From assembly GCF_009914755.1 (NCBI RefSeq), contig NC_060932.1: a DNA stretch of 64,000 nt; one strand, given 5' to 3'. Position numbers and translations under genes: made by a program. The DNA comes from the human T2T-CHM13v2.0 reference genome, Homo sapiens. The notes under the pieces are model-generated. The model saw nothing but the letters and a program-made list of their open reading frames with translations, did not search any database and was not told the DNA's origin. Each line of letters opens with the position of its first letter. The stretch's first letter is position 1. Below are positions 39,780 through 53,244 of the stretch, piece by piece.

Positions 39780-40640
39780 AAAACAAAATACACATAACAT
39801 AAAATTGCCATCCTAACCATTTTTAAATGTACAGTTCAGTGGTGTTAAGTACATTCACACTATTGTGCAACCATTACCACCATCCATCTCTAGAACTTTT
39901 ACATCTTCCCAAACTGAAACTCTGTCCCCATTAAACGCTAACTTTTCATTCTCCAGCACCCCCAGACCTGGTAACTGGCTTTCTATTTTCTGTTTGTATG
40001 ATTTGACTTTTCTGAGTACCTCATATAAGTCAAATCAGACAGTATGTGTCCTTTTGTGACTGTCTTATCTCAGCGTAACGTCCTCAAGTTTCAGCCCTGT
40101 TGTAGCATGTGTCAGCATTTCCTTTTTCAGACTGAATAATATTCCATATTGTGTATAGTGTACACCACATTTTGCTTATCTATTCATCCACTGATGGACA
40201 TGTGGGTTGCTTCCATGTTTATCTGTTGCAAGTAATACTGCTATGAACGTGGGCATACAAGTATCTCTTTCATTCTCTGCTTTCAGTTCTTTTGAATATA
40301 TACCCAGAAGTGGAATTGTTGGATCATATGGTAATTCTATGTTTAATTTTTTGAAGAACCTCCATACTGTTTCCTATAGTAGCTATACCATCCTCCATTC
40401 CCACCAACATTGCACGAGGGATCCAGTTTCCCCACATGCATGTCAACACTTGTTAGTTTCTTTTTTTTTAATTTGCCAGTAGCCTCATAATGAGCGTGAG
40501 GTAGTATCTCATCGTAGTGTTAATTTGCATTTACCTAACAATTGGTGATATGGAGCATCTTTTCATGGGCTTCTTGGCTGCTGTGTCTCTTCTTTGGAGA
40601 AGTGTCTGTTGAAGTTGTTTGACATTTTTTAATCAAGTTG
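39780..40640 (-). mobile_element. L1MA/L1MB 3' end, antisense
   Basis: acataacataaaattgccatcctaaccatttttaaatgtacagttcagtgg...tatatacccagaagtggaattgttggatcatatggtaattc. Confidence 0.85.
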
Positions 40641-42589
40641 TTGGGCAGGTTCCCTTGTTTTTAAGTCAGAGTAGGTGATGTTTGTCTTGCTGGTGAAACA
40701 AAGGTTATAAAAAGAGAACATGTTTGCTGTGACGTGTAGTTGATTGCTATGAAATGTAGTTGATACATGCAGAATGGAAAGATTTATAAATTAAATACTC
40801 CTTTATTAACATTTTAATGTGTCGAATTTAAATTTCAGAAGCATTCATCTTTCTTCTCTACTTGTACATTTTTGTTTACCTGACAGTGTAAAACCCACAA
40901 CCAAAAAGTAATGGCTTTTTCCCCGTTTAAAATACTTTGTAAAAATAGTAGCCTAGTTGTCATTTGTGAGCCCAGGCTTGGTCCTCAAGTCTGACATAGA
41001 CTCCCCAAGGCCCTAATGCTGAAGTTCTCTGAGCCCTACCACTGCCCAGGCAGGCCCAGGAAGTGTCCCAGCAGTGCCCAAGAAGGTCACCTCCACCTGT
41101 GGAATCCACAGTGTGGGTAGCCCCCAGGGAGCCACAGCCATCTAGGCCCAGATTCACAGGAGGATGCGGTTACTGCAAGCATCTGAACCTGGCCCCACCA
41201 CCTATGGGCAGAGTTGGTTCCAGCTCAGTGTGTCCATGGGATATCTTTAGGTTCACCTTGCTTTTCTGTCCCATGCTCACATGTTGGAGCTAAGCTGCAT
41301 GGAGTGTCCTTCTCCCTGTACGTATGAGATTAGTCAGCAGTCCTGTCTCCTTCCATATTCTGTCTTTATTTCTGCGACAGTATTTCTGGAGAACATTGTA
41401 TTTGTGCTTTTCCTTTGATATGTTTGTAATTTTCGTTAGAAAAACCGTTATAGATTCTAAAGCTTCTACATTCAGTATTTCAATCAATGATAACAAACTG
41501 GTGTAAGACTAAATACAAAATACAAACATCAACACATTTCCATAAATTGCTGTTATAATGTCTGCCACAAAAAGTTCAGTTGTTTGTATGTTTTTCAAAT
41601 GTGCTTTGCTTGTCTTGATGATTTACAACTGTTGGCACCGCTGTTTAAGTCTGTTCTGACAGTGAGAAAGTGACTCATTTGGCAAAGTCAGCTTTTTTTT
41701 TTTAATAAAAGTGAATACTGGTGAGTGGAAAGGGGCTTGTGTACAATTTTCTTGTCAAAGAACGATGACCGGCAAATAAGCAATTTTAGTTCCTTGGATT
41801 TGAGCACCACTCTCACATGCCTCCACCAACCAGCTTGTCTCCACAGAGCTTCCTTCCTCACTTTACACTGAAAATCTGTTATCAGTGTGTGGAAAATAAA
41901 AATTTTACACAGCGTTAGTTTTGAGGATGTGGATTACTATTTACAGGTGTTTTTTTAAAAAGTAAAAGGTGTTCCCATTGTTTAGTTATTGCCTTATGAT
42001 TTGATTTTCTTGTTTCACGAAGAAGAAAAGCTTTTAATTAAATGTATTTAAATAGTAAAAATATACATGTCACTTCACCTGGTTCCAGTTAAATGTGTTA
42101 ACAGTGTATTTGGTTGGTGCTTAATAAAAACATGTTCAGTGCAGTAATAATTAACTTCAGGTAAACCCTTATATAGGGAGTAAACAGAAATGTTGAGTGG
42201 TTACTCAGCATGGGGAAGGTATACAGCAAGTCATTGGTCAGTATTGGGTATCATCATATTCTTACCATCTTTTTTCTGGAGTTTTAATAGTTGTTTTTTA
42301 AAAAAATCTCTGTTTTAATAAGGCATTTTGATGTTTGAAACTACCTTGGATAAGTATATCAAGACCCTTCAGAGATTCTAAAACATGTTCAGCACTTTCT
42401 GGTACAATATTCTCAAAGAACCAGGATACATCTTATTTCTCAAAATGAAACAAAAATGTATTAGACATTACCCTTGTGATTTCAAGCCCACAGTCTGTCA
42501 CTTTGAAGTATTTATATCCTTTTACAAAAGAAAAGCCAAATGAAGATCTCCCTGAAAAAATATTTTAATAGAATGTGTCTTTATTTCAG

Positions 42590-42693
42590 TATCTTAAATA
42601 GTGAAGATGGAGAAATATTCAATAATGAAGAGCATGAATATGCATCGAAAAAAAGGAAAAAGGACCATTTTAGAAATGACACAAATACTCAAA
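42590..42693 (+). CDS. FBXO25: FBXO25 exon 3 (contains basic KKRKK NLS-like motif)
   Basis: ttatttcag|T ATC TTA AAT... translates (I)ILNSEDGEIFNNEEHEYASKKRKKDHFRNDTNTQ; donor A|GTAAGA; 104 nt, phase matches exon 2. Confidence 0.96.
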
Positions 42694-43169
42694 GTAAGAT
42701 CATTCTCATTAATTTTATTTTACTTGTTGATTACGTTGAAATACTAAATTACTCTGACAATGCTATCTTATGAAATAAAAGGTGATACAAATATGTAAAT
42801 AACAGCCCAGTATCCAGCATTGCCTACAGATTTAGTGATCAAACTTTTTGCAGCTCAACCGTTTCAGTGGGTAAGATGTGCAAAAACAAAATAAGAGATA
42901 GCCAAACCCACAAAACAGCCCATGAATCTGAATGCTTGAATTATGGTCATGAATTCAGCTCAGTCTTGAGCAGTGAGGCCAAACTGAGAGGTGTCCTGAC
43001 TTGAGTTTTGAAGTCACTGAAGATTCAGAGCAGGAGACAGACATTCAGAGCTGGAGTTTAGGATGTTAGATGGCAGCAGGGGAAGGCTGGAGGTGGGACC
43101 TATCTATGTGAGGGCATAGAGCTCTATCATGCAGCATATCTGTGAGTTACCAAGACACATGTTAATGTA

Positions 43170-43698
43170 TAGTAGGCTCCCTTACCTCAGGGGATAGACC
43201 TCCAGTGGATGCCTGAAACTGTGGATACTACCAAACCTTATGGATACTATGGTTTTTTTTATGTATATACACACTTATAATAAAGTTTAATTTATAAATT
43301 AGGTGCAGTAAGAGATTAACGAGAATAATAAAATGAAACAGTTATAGCAAGATGGCCACCATCACTGCTCTTGCACTTTGGGGCCATTATGAAGTACAGT
43401 AAGGGTTCTTTAAATACAAGCACTGTGATATCTCAACAGGTGATCCGATAACCAAGACGGCTACTGAGTGACCAAGGGGCGGGTAGTGTAGGACTCGCTT
43501 GACAAAGGGAGGATTTGCATCCCAGGCAGGACAGAGCAGGACGGTGTGAGATTTCATGACACCACCCAGAATGGCACACAATTTAAAACTTATGAATGGT
43601 TTATTTCTGGAATTTTCCACTTAATGTTTTCAAACCAAACCTGACTGTGGGTAATTGAAACTGTAGAAGGTGAAACTGTGAATACGGGGGGACTACTT
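43170..43698. mobile_element. MER44 (Tigger7-derived) DNA transposon relic
   Basis: agtaggctcccttacctcagggg...ccagtggatgcctgaaac ... gaatacggggggactact terminal inverted repeats. Confidence 0.8.
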
Positions 43699-44134
43699 TA
43701 TGAAGAAGATAGGGTCACATGGAGAATACAGTTAGTGTGATTCTTGAAACTTTTAAGATTTATCTGAAAAATTTGTTTCTATGGAGTACCATACACAGCA
43801 ACAGAAGAATAGAACTTTTTATTAGGGTACATAGGAATGTAGTAATGTAATTGCATTTTATAATCATTTATGTCTTCATATGGCTTCAGTCATTAATAAT
43901 ACTAATTTTCTTCTAAGTTACTAGGACTTGGTACTGTCTGAAATCATTGTTCATATCTTAAACTGATTTAAGAAACAAAGCAATTCTGTTTGCATTCACC
44001 CACGTAAAAGCATTTCTTGTCAATATAGTAAGTCAGATAATTTTGTTAACATGTCCAATTATTTAAATTCCTTTAAAATCTTCATTTTGAAATGATTTGC
44101 CAGATTTTAAAAACAAAGGTAATTTTTATTCTAG

Positions 44135-44184
44135 GTTTTTATCGTGAAAAATGGATCTATGTCCATAAAGAAAGCACAAAGGAA
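44135..44184 (+). CDS. FBXO25: FBXO25 exon 4
   Basis: ttattctag|GT TTT TAT... translates (S)FYREKWIYVHKESTKE; donor GAA|GTAAGT; 50 nt. Confidence 0.95.
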
Positions 44185-44364
44185 GTAAGTATTCTATTAT
44201 AAATACGAGAGTATCTTGTATTGTTTCTGTTGAATATGGAGTCACATTAAATAAATGTATTAATAAAGTTGCATAAAACACATTTCTTTTGCAATATCAG
44301 ATCTATGGTTCACATTCTGACAGATAATAGCATATGAGGAGCTTTTGAGGCAGTGATTTTCCAT

Positions 44365-44550
44365 TGTGTGTGCTTGCATGTGCATGTGGTATGTGGCTGT
44401 GTATTTGTGCACACATTTGTGTGTGTTGTGTGTATGGTGTATGTGTGTGGTATATATGGTGTGTATGTATGATTGTGCATGTATTTGTGCAGATACTGGT
44501 GTGTGGGATGTATGGTGTGTGGTGGCATGTGGTATATGTGTGCAGTGTGT
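44365..44550. repeat. Degenerate TG-rich low-complexity repeat
   Basis: tgtgtgtgcttgcatgtgcatgtggtatgtgg... Confidence 0.85.
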
Positions 44551-46863
44551 GGTTCCTGCCTACCTGTACATATCTGAGTCTACAGCAGGGTTATTTAAAC
44601 CAAGCATGGACTCCTGCAGTCATACGCATTTTCTCTGTGTTAGCATGAACCCCTGATGCTGATGGGAATGTGTCCTCCCTGTGGCGTGTTTTGGAGGGCA
44701 GGGCATCTGTGAGCCCTCTCATTCCACATAAAGAGTGGCTAACATGAAATTAGTAATTGGGTTGGGTTTGTGCAGAGCTGTGTGAACTCTTTCCCTGCCT
44801 TTCTTTTGCCAAGTTGGGCTAAAGCTTTTTCATGAGCCATAAAACAAACGAGAGAGCTTCAAGCTGTTTCCTGTTTCTTTACTAGGATCCGGGAAGTTGA
44901 GTTCCTTTTATAGGCCTAGAAACTCTGCATTTGCTTTATTTTGCAACAATTGGGGAAAATAATTTAGGGAATTACTGTCTATCGTATGTTATTTCAGGGT
45001 AAGTTAAATATTCCAGAAATGTTTGTAGATGCTCTGAAACTAGTCCAGCTTCCAAGAAACTGAAGGATTAGATTCTGAGAAAGAAAACTTAATCTGTTTG
45101 GTTATGGTTAGTGGGTATAGAATGAATCAGATCCTTAATATACACTCGAATACACCATTAGACGATTATTTGACAGAATCTAACCTAGTTTGTGAAAAAC
45201 AAAATTTAGTGCTCGTGAAAGACCATTAAATATTTCATCTGCTCTGTTGCCATACTGATTACAGAACAGAGGATCCCATCCAAGCTAGCATATGCAGGAA
45301 AGGAGGATCTTCTTGTGAGGCTGTGGGGATGCTCCCTGGAATGCTAGGAACCAGGACCTAACAAGGCTGAGAGGGACCAGAACTAGGACTGGGTGCTGGT
45401 GTCCCTGCACCACGTCATGTCTCCATACCCTCACCTGGTACAGAGCAAGTGCCTGCTGCTTGTCCATGCTGGCTGGTGTCTCACCGCTTCCGAGGTTACA
45501 TGCTGTGGTTCTAGGTCCGCACATGCTCTTTGTGGTCTGCTCTGTGAATCAGATTTAATTTCCTGTTGTGAGATGGGTGGTGACCTTGGAAAGTGCCTGC
45601 TGCACCATCGTGTGGAATATCAGCTGTGATGGATTTCAGATTATAATCTATATCAAAATGAGTGTTTCCTTTCCCCAGAGTTCCCAGGAAAATGTTTTCC
45701 ACATAGCAGGCAGTCAGTCAACATATTTGGATGTTTTAAATGAGTATATTTTGTTGAGTTGTGCACCCGTCAGGGCGATTGGGGTTGGCGCACAGAAGCA
45801 CATGAGCCTCTGAGTGTATCGGCTGTCAGAGACAAAGGTGCTATGACTCCAGCTGCTTTCTCTAGGACATCTCAAGTCACCTGTTTGGAATTTGAGACCA
45901 ATCATCTCATGTTTTCTATTATTTTTTTCTAGCTTATCTCTACAACTTTGACATGAAAATCTGTAGATTTTAAATATTTCAAATATGGAGGATGAAGATG
46001 GAGTTTAAAATGACTTCTGAAACCTAGTGTGCTAATCTATACAAACCAATATAGGATAAGGGTATATCATGGAAGAAAAACATCTAAGAGAATAGCAGCA
46101 GTGTTTACAGTACTGAAAATAAATTGTTTCATTTTCTTCCTTCAGTTCTTGGACCTGTGGGTCTAAACACCAGTTTTTTTTGGTGTTTTGGGTTCTTGGC
46201 ATCCGTGCTCCCAGCCTGAAAGCTGCCCGTGGTCACATCCAGCACTTGCCTTCAGCCCTCTCCATCCCAATGCTGGTTTTCAGAAGCACCTTCTTGCTAC
46301 CGAAGCACCTCTCCCAGCCCTGATCCTTGTGGTTGAGCATACTTCCAGCCTGGGCAGTGCATGGCTGCTCTGGAGAGAAATCCCATGTTATACTTCAAAC
46401 TCGGGCAGTGCATGCCTCCCCTGCAGAGAAATCCTGTGTTTCAACTAGATATTTGTAACACCTACATCCTTACAATGCAGTTAATCAGATGATTTATGTA
46501 TTTTTAGTTGCGTAGCCTAGAATGAATCCAGTTTTTTTATGATCTTAGCTTTAACGTCGTCCACACCCCAGTTTGTCCCCAACAAAACAAACCGGCAAGA
46601 TATTTAATAAATATTTGTCTTTGTCATTACTTCAGCAGGTTGTAAAAAATGTCAGTTAACGGTGTCTCAGGTATACATAAACAGCTTAAATTATTAGCAT
46701 TGCTATAATTTTACTATACTCTCATCTAAATCTAAAATCAGTCTTCAAAATAAAAACAAATTGTCCTTTGCCAAAAATTTTTTTAATCGCACAATTAATT
46801 GACATTAACTGCCAATTCTTTTTGGCTAATTGACTAATTTTAACTTCTGTGTTGCTTTTCCAG

Positions 46864-46956
46864 AGGCATGGCTATTGCACCTTGGGAGAAGCCTTTAATC
46901 GGTTAGACTTCTCAAGTGCAATTCAAGATATCCGAAGGTTCAATTATGTGGTCAAA
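46864..46956 (+). CDS. FBXO25: FBXO25 exon 5
   Basis: cttttccag|AGG CAT... translates [31 protein letters not shown] (motif shared with atrogin-1); donor AAA|GTAAGT; 93 nt, phase 0-0. Confidence 0.96.
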
Positions 46957-49306
46957 GTAAGTGTTCTATTTCAAAAACTACTTTGATGACTCTTTTGAAC
47001 AACTATATTTTGAAGATTGTAAGTGTACAACGTTGAAGATGCTTTTGGCAGCTTGAAGGTGTGCCTGTTTGCTGCGTATTAATCAAAAAACAGAAGGGAA
47101 CAAGTTCAGGAGAAAACAGTGAGGTTGGAGGATTTCTCCAGTATTGGTGGCAGAGGTTGCAGAGCCTCAGTGGGAGCAAACACTCATCTGCCCTGTGGCT
47201 CTGTGGTTGCTGAGGATGCCACAAGGTGGTCCCTTGGGGGTTGTACCACGTACCTACATACTGTGTCAGTGATAGAACGGTCGTGGGATCTTTACCTGAT
47301 GATTTCACAAATGTTTTCTGCTTCGTGTTTTTCACAAGGAATGAGGCTTGTGTCGCAGAGGAAGAAGTAGCTAATAGAAAACAGGAATTTCATACAAAAT
47401 AGAATTCCACAAAAGCCTTATTGCATTAATGATACCCTTTTGGAAGAAATTTTTATCTTGGGCCACACTCAAAAAGAAAGGATCTTAGCCATATATTCCA
47501 TTTATTGTTTGCTTTTGTCCAAAGATTAATTACTATGTGGTTTATGCACCTTCATTCTATTATGGATAAAATAGAAGCTATAGTTTATGAAGCTATTAAT
47601 TTTGTGTTTCTAATGGTTCTGTGAGACATTGGAAAAATGTTGCTTTTAATTGCTTTTAGGCATTTAAAAGTGCTACTGGGAGGACCAAAAATTTAGGGAG
47701 TTAAATAATTGTAAGCCTTAGATAATATTATTTGTTCAGTTTGCTTCTGAGCAGAATTTCCAGGGCTGCTTATGTAACTACTACTTACAACTCCTGTTGT
47801 GCTGCATGCTTCACTGAAGCCCAGCCACCACATGCAGGCTGGACTTCCCTGGTGTTTTCTGAGTCCTCCTTTAGATATTTACACACTGGCCAGCAGGGTG
47901 TCCTCGATAGGTACCTTTCTTATAGATGATGAAATGCAGATTTGACTCAGCCTTGTGGAAATTTTCAGTACTTAAGTAGCCGGGAAAAACATCAGCAGAG
48001 AGGTCTGTTTAGCAGTAACTGTTTCTCCATGTAGCTCTCTGATAGTTCAGACCATACTGAGTTGCTTTATAGTAGCAATTCTTGACCATCTGTCTACATA
48101 AAAGGATTTAATTCTTGGTGTGAGTGAGAGAGTAGGATGGAGCACAGGAGGAAGTCGTTGGCTCCTGGTGGTTTCTGTGCTGGGTGCCCTGCTGTCTCAT
48201 CTTTGGTCACTGACTCTGGAGAAGGTGCGAGTATTCTGTGCTTTGTCAGAGGGGGCATCCATAGACCAGGACCAGCATTTTATCAGTTTCAGTCATTTGG
48301 ACGACTGCATAATTTTTTTTTTGTCTGTGTACCACATACTACTATAATTTGCTGGGTAGCTTTTCTTCAAATTTACTTTTCTAAACAGAAATACCTACTT
48401 TAGCCTCATCCTAAACACTAATACCTGTGAAATGGTAAATTTTCTGTCGGTCATTTGTCTAATACATATAAATGCATAACTATAAAAATTAAAATGTGCT
48501 GTGCACTCATGTACCAACTAAGCTTACTTTGCAACCCTCTTGAGAAGGGCTGTGTTTCTCCAAAGCACCTCTCAGATGTGGAGCGAGGGAACTGGTGAGC
48601 TCAGGAAGCAAAAGGGCTGCAGTGTTGCATGGCTGTCCCAGCACCCTCACAGGTCTGTGCATCTCTGTTGATTGCTGCCTTCCAAGCAGGGCCTTGCTTG
48701 GCTCATCTGTGCTCCTGCTCTGTGGGAATCCCACCTTCCCTCTCCTGAAGTCGCTCTGGACCTTGCACACCATTCTTCACAAGTCCAGCAAAGTTACCTC
48801 TAAAAAGTGATTTGCTCATGCTTACCTTCTGCTAAAAACAAAAACAAGAAGCAGCCTTTGTGACTGTGGTAAAGCCTGAGCCTGTGTCTTGCCTTGGATT
48901 GGGCTCCTCCATGTCCCCATCCCAATTCTTAACCTCCCTGGCCCATGCCCAGTGCCCTCTTCTGTTGGCTTTCTTTCAGTGTGTGCTATTTTTTTTTTTT
49001 TTACTTTATCGTATGCATTTATCATACATACTGTGCAGGTATTTGGTATTTTTTTGCTGTTTTAAATGTTTATGGCAACACTTACTACAACAACTGAGAG
49101 GATTGTCTTGTAGTTCTACTAAATAATTTGATTTTCCATAATTTAGTCTAAGTTGTCCATAATGTCACTCAGTATTATTAGAATACCTATAAATAAGAAA
49201 TGTAGAAGCATTTTTTTAAAATGCTTGATAAAAGGTTTCCTTTTTTTCTAATGGCATTTAGTAATATCTGCCCTTAAGAATTTGTGTGAAAAACTTAATG
49301 TGTATC

Positions 49307-49605
49307 TTTTTTTTTTTTTTTGATGGAGTCTCACTCTGTTGCCCAGGGTGGAGTGCAGTGGCACGATCTCTGCTCACTGCAACCTCTGATTCCTGGGTTC
49401 CAGTGATTCTCCTGCCTCAGCCTCCTGAGTAGCTGGGATTACAGGCATGCACCACGATGCCTGGCTAATTCTTTTTTGTATTTTTAGTAGAGATGGGGTT
49501 TCGCCATTTTGGCCAGGCTCGTCTTGAACTCCTGACCTCAAGTGATCCACCTGCCTCGGCCTCCCAAAGTGCTGGGATTACAGGTGTGAGCCACCATGCC
49601 CAGCC
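49307..49605 (-). mobile_element. AluS (antisense)
   Basis: Full reverse Alu; TSD tgtatcttt on both sides (from 49301 and from 49606). Confidence 0.96.
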
Positions 49606-51032
49606 TGTATCTTTCAACTAATGTTTTATGTAAAATCATTTTTTCCATCTAAACAGCAATTTTAAACTGAGACTAATCAATAATTACTACACAGTCTTAG
49701 GATAAAAGTTAGTAGTAGAATTTAGTGTTCAATTACAGATTCTTCCAGTTGCCAAAATAAAGTTAAGTAGTTTGGAATGGAAGTTTCGTTTTTACTCTAA
49801 TCTTTGAAGTTGAGTTTGAGCCAGATGTCCTGTTGGAGGCATAAAATGGCCCCACCTTTTGTTCACTGTCCAGGGGCAGATGCTCTTCACTCAAGGCAGG
49901 AGGAGCCCATCAGTGCTGGCATCGCTGAGCACCTCCTGTGTGCAGATCAACGTACCTTGGCTTTTCTAACTTTCAAGAAACTTTGAAATCCAGTTCTAGT
50001 CACACTCCCACCATGAAATCTTCTTTGCCAGTGATCACAGGGTTGTGGCAATACCAACTCAAGCCTACCTGGCTGGGACCTTGGCCTCACCGCCCCCATC
50101 ATGTCAGCAGCATTCCCTGGCCCTTAGGTGTGCCAGTGGCCACGTGTTTAAGTTGTCTGCGTCCCCATCCCAGTTGAGCCCCAGGAGCAGGGGCTTGGTT
50201 TGTTCACTGCTGTTCACCCACTGCTGAAAACAACACCCCCTTTGTCAAAGTGGAGTAAGTGTGTCCCAACTGCAGTGAGGAGCTGCACTTCCATGAACTC
50301 AGAGGTGCCCAGCAAACCCAGGACAGCTGTAAACACAGAGAGGGAGACCAGTACCCAAAAGCTGTCTGGAGGAAGTAGAACTGGGTCCTGATCCTATAGG
50401 TTAATGTGACTGTGGTTTTTACACATTTGTTATCATTCCCTTGGAGTCCTGGGCTTGCTTATAGCACTGAGAAGAACAGCCTGCCCCCTCGCCCCTCTGG
50501 CAGCCAGGAGGTGGCTTCTGACAGCCAGGCACGAACAGCCCGAGGCTTGGGAGGTGCATGCAGGGCAGTGCACGGCGTGAAAGCTTCCTGAAAGCTGCAC
50601 GGTGTGCAACTGAAATTTATAAAAATGTTAAATATGCTCTGTTTCCTAAAGTACACACATCTGTAGGAAAAAAGTTTTCAGAATCGTAAAGTTTATGTAT
50701 CTAATTTTGGTTATTTGATAAATTATCTGAAGTACTTCATTCTCTGCCTGTGGTGCACCAATTAGATAGCACATCCAGTGTCACATACTTCCAGGGGTAC
50801 TGTATTTTTAGTTTAGTTTCTTGCCATCATTTATTTTTATGTTTTCATTTGCTTTAGATGTAGGCGAAGAGTCGGTCTCTCTTATCTTTATTCAAAAGTT
50901 TCTGTGTCCCTGGGCATTGCTCTGCCCCTCCAAGACTCCCCAGTCCTGTTTCCTTTAGCCCACCTGCTCCTCATGTCTGGAGATGGACTCCTGCTTCTCA
51001 GTATCCCAAGGATCTCTTAAATGTGGAAAGGT

Positions 51033-51165
51033 GGCCAGGTGCGGTGACTCATGCCTGCAATCCCAGCACTTTGGGAGGCTGAGGCAGGAGGATAACTTGA
51101 GCCCAGGAGTTTGAGGCCAGCCTGGGCAACATAGGGAGACCCTGTTTTTACAAATAATAATAAGC
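51033..51165 (+). mobile_element. FLAM/AluJ left monomer
   Basis: Single arm with the J-type ttgagcccaggagtttgag motif, followed by an A-rich tail. Confidence 0.85.
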
Positions 51166-51828
51166 AAATAAGGAAAGACATCTCAGGCTAGAATCTCTGG
51201 CTATATGAAGATTTTTTTTCAAATTTTTTCATAATTTCTACTAATGACTACTCCATAGTAGCAACTTAATAGCAGCAGCCTCACAGCAGCGCATGGGAAA
51301 GATGCTTAGTGAGTGACCCTGAGCCCTCCCAGGCGGGGACTCGAGGGTGAGGCAGGGAGGGAGAGAGGCTCTGCAGCCACACAGCCGTTGTTGGAATTCT
51401 GTCTCTTTCTTATTTATTTACTCAGGGATCTCAAGCATATGACTTCATCATCACATCCATAGTATCTGGTAGATTTTAGCATCTACCTCAGAGCACTGTT
51501 AGAAAGATTAGATTAGTTCCATCATAGGAAGCTCTTGGAACAGTCTGTACTCTGTGTTAGCCACTATTTTGATTTTCTTTTGAGGAGGATTTAGGCAGAG
51601 GGATGACAGCTGCATGGAGATCCATTTATGACCCAAGAGGTAAAGACAAGAAAATGGGGCCCAGAGAGATGGGCTGAAGGTCACAATGGAGTCAAGGACA
51701 GAGACCAAAAACGTAGCTGTCCTGACAGCCGTGAAGAGCTTTTTCATTACGACTTTATTTCCTAAGTCTATAAACTTTGATTTTCCTCTGATGTAAATTA
51801 AGTGACTTTCTTAAATGCGTCATATGAC

Positions 51829-53244
51829 TTTTTTTTAAATTTTTTAAATTATACTTTAAGTTCTGGTATACATGTGCTCAATGTGCAGGTTTGTTACATA
51901 GGTATACACATGCCATGGTGGTTTGCTGCACCCATCAACCCGTCATCTACATTAGGTATTTCTCCTAATGCTATCTGTCCCCTAGCCCCCCACCCCCCGA
52001 CAGGCCCTGGTGTGTGATGTTCCCCTCCCTGTGCCCATGTGTTCTCATTGTTCAGCTCCCACTTATGAATAAGAACATGTGGTGTTTGGTTTTCTGTTCT
52101 CGTGTTAGTTTGCTGAGAATAATGGTTTCCAGTTTCATCCATGTCCTTGCAAAGGACATGAACTCATCCTTTTTTATGACTGCATAGTATTCCATGGTGT
52201 GTATGTGCCACATTTCCTTTATCCAGTCTATCACTGATGGGCATTTGGGTTGGTTCCAAGTCTTTGCTATTGTGAACAGTGCTGCAATAAACATACGTGT
52301 GCGTGTGTCTTTATAGTAGAATGATTTATAATCTTTTCATCATACTACCTGACTTCAGACTATATTACAAGGCTACAGTAACCAAAACAGCATGATACTG
52401 GTACCAAAACAGATATATAGACCAATGGAACAGAACAGAGGCCTCAGAAATAACGCCACACGTCTACAACCATCTGATCTTTCACAAACCTGACAAAAAC
52501 AAGCAATGGCTAAAGGATTCCCTATTTAATAAATGGTGTTGGAAAAACTGGCTAGCCATATGCAAAAAACTGAAACTGGACCGCTTCCTTACACCTTTAT
52601 ACAAAAATTAACTCAAGATGGATTAAAGACTTAAACATAAGACCTAAAACCATAAAAACCCTACAAGAAAAGCTAGGCAGTACCATTCAGGACATAGGCA
52701 TGGGCAAAGACTTGATGTCTAAAACACCAAAAGCAATGGCAACAAAAGCCAAAATTGACAAATGGGATCTAATTAAACTAAAAAGCTTCTGCATAGCAAA
52801 AGAAACTGTTATCACAGCGAAGAGGCAACCTACAGAATGGGAGAAAATTTTTGCAATCTATCCATCTGACAAAGGGCTAACATCCAGAATCTACAAAGAA
52901 CTTAAACAAATTTACAAGAAAAAAACAACCCCATCAAAAAGTGGGTAAAGGATATGAACAGACACTTCTCAAAACAAGAAATTTATGCAGCCAACAAACA
53001 TGAAGAAAAGCTCATCTCTGGTCATTAGAGAAATGCAAATCAAAACCACAATGACATACCATCTCACACCAGTTAGGATGGCTATCATTAAAAAGTCAGG
53101 AAACAACAGATGCTGGAGAGGACGTGGAGAAATAGGAATGCTTTTACACTGTTGGTGGGAGTATAAGTTCAACCACTGTGGAAGACAGTGTGGTGATTCC
53201 TCAAGGATCTAGAACCAGAGATACTATTTGACCCAGCAATCCCA
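51829..53244 (-). mobile_element. L1PA insertion with 5' inversion (twin priming)
   Basis: 51829-52337 is the antisense L1 3' end; 52338-53244 is sense-orientation ORF2 ([31 protein letters not shown]); candidate TSD ca(t/c)atgac. Confidence 0.9.
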
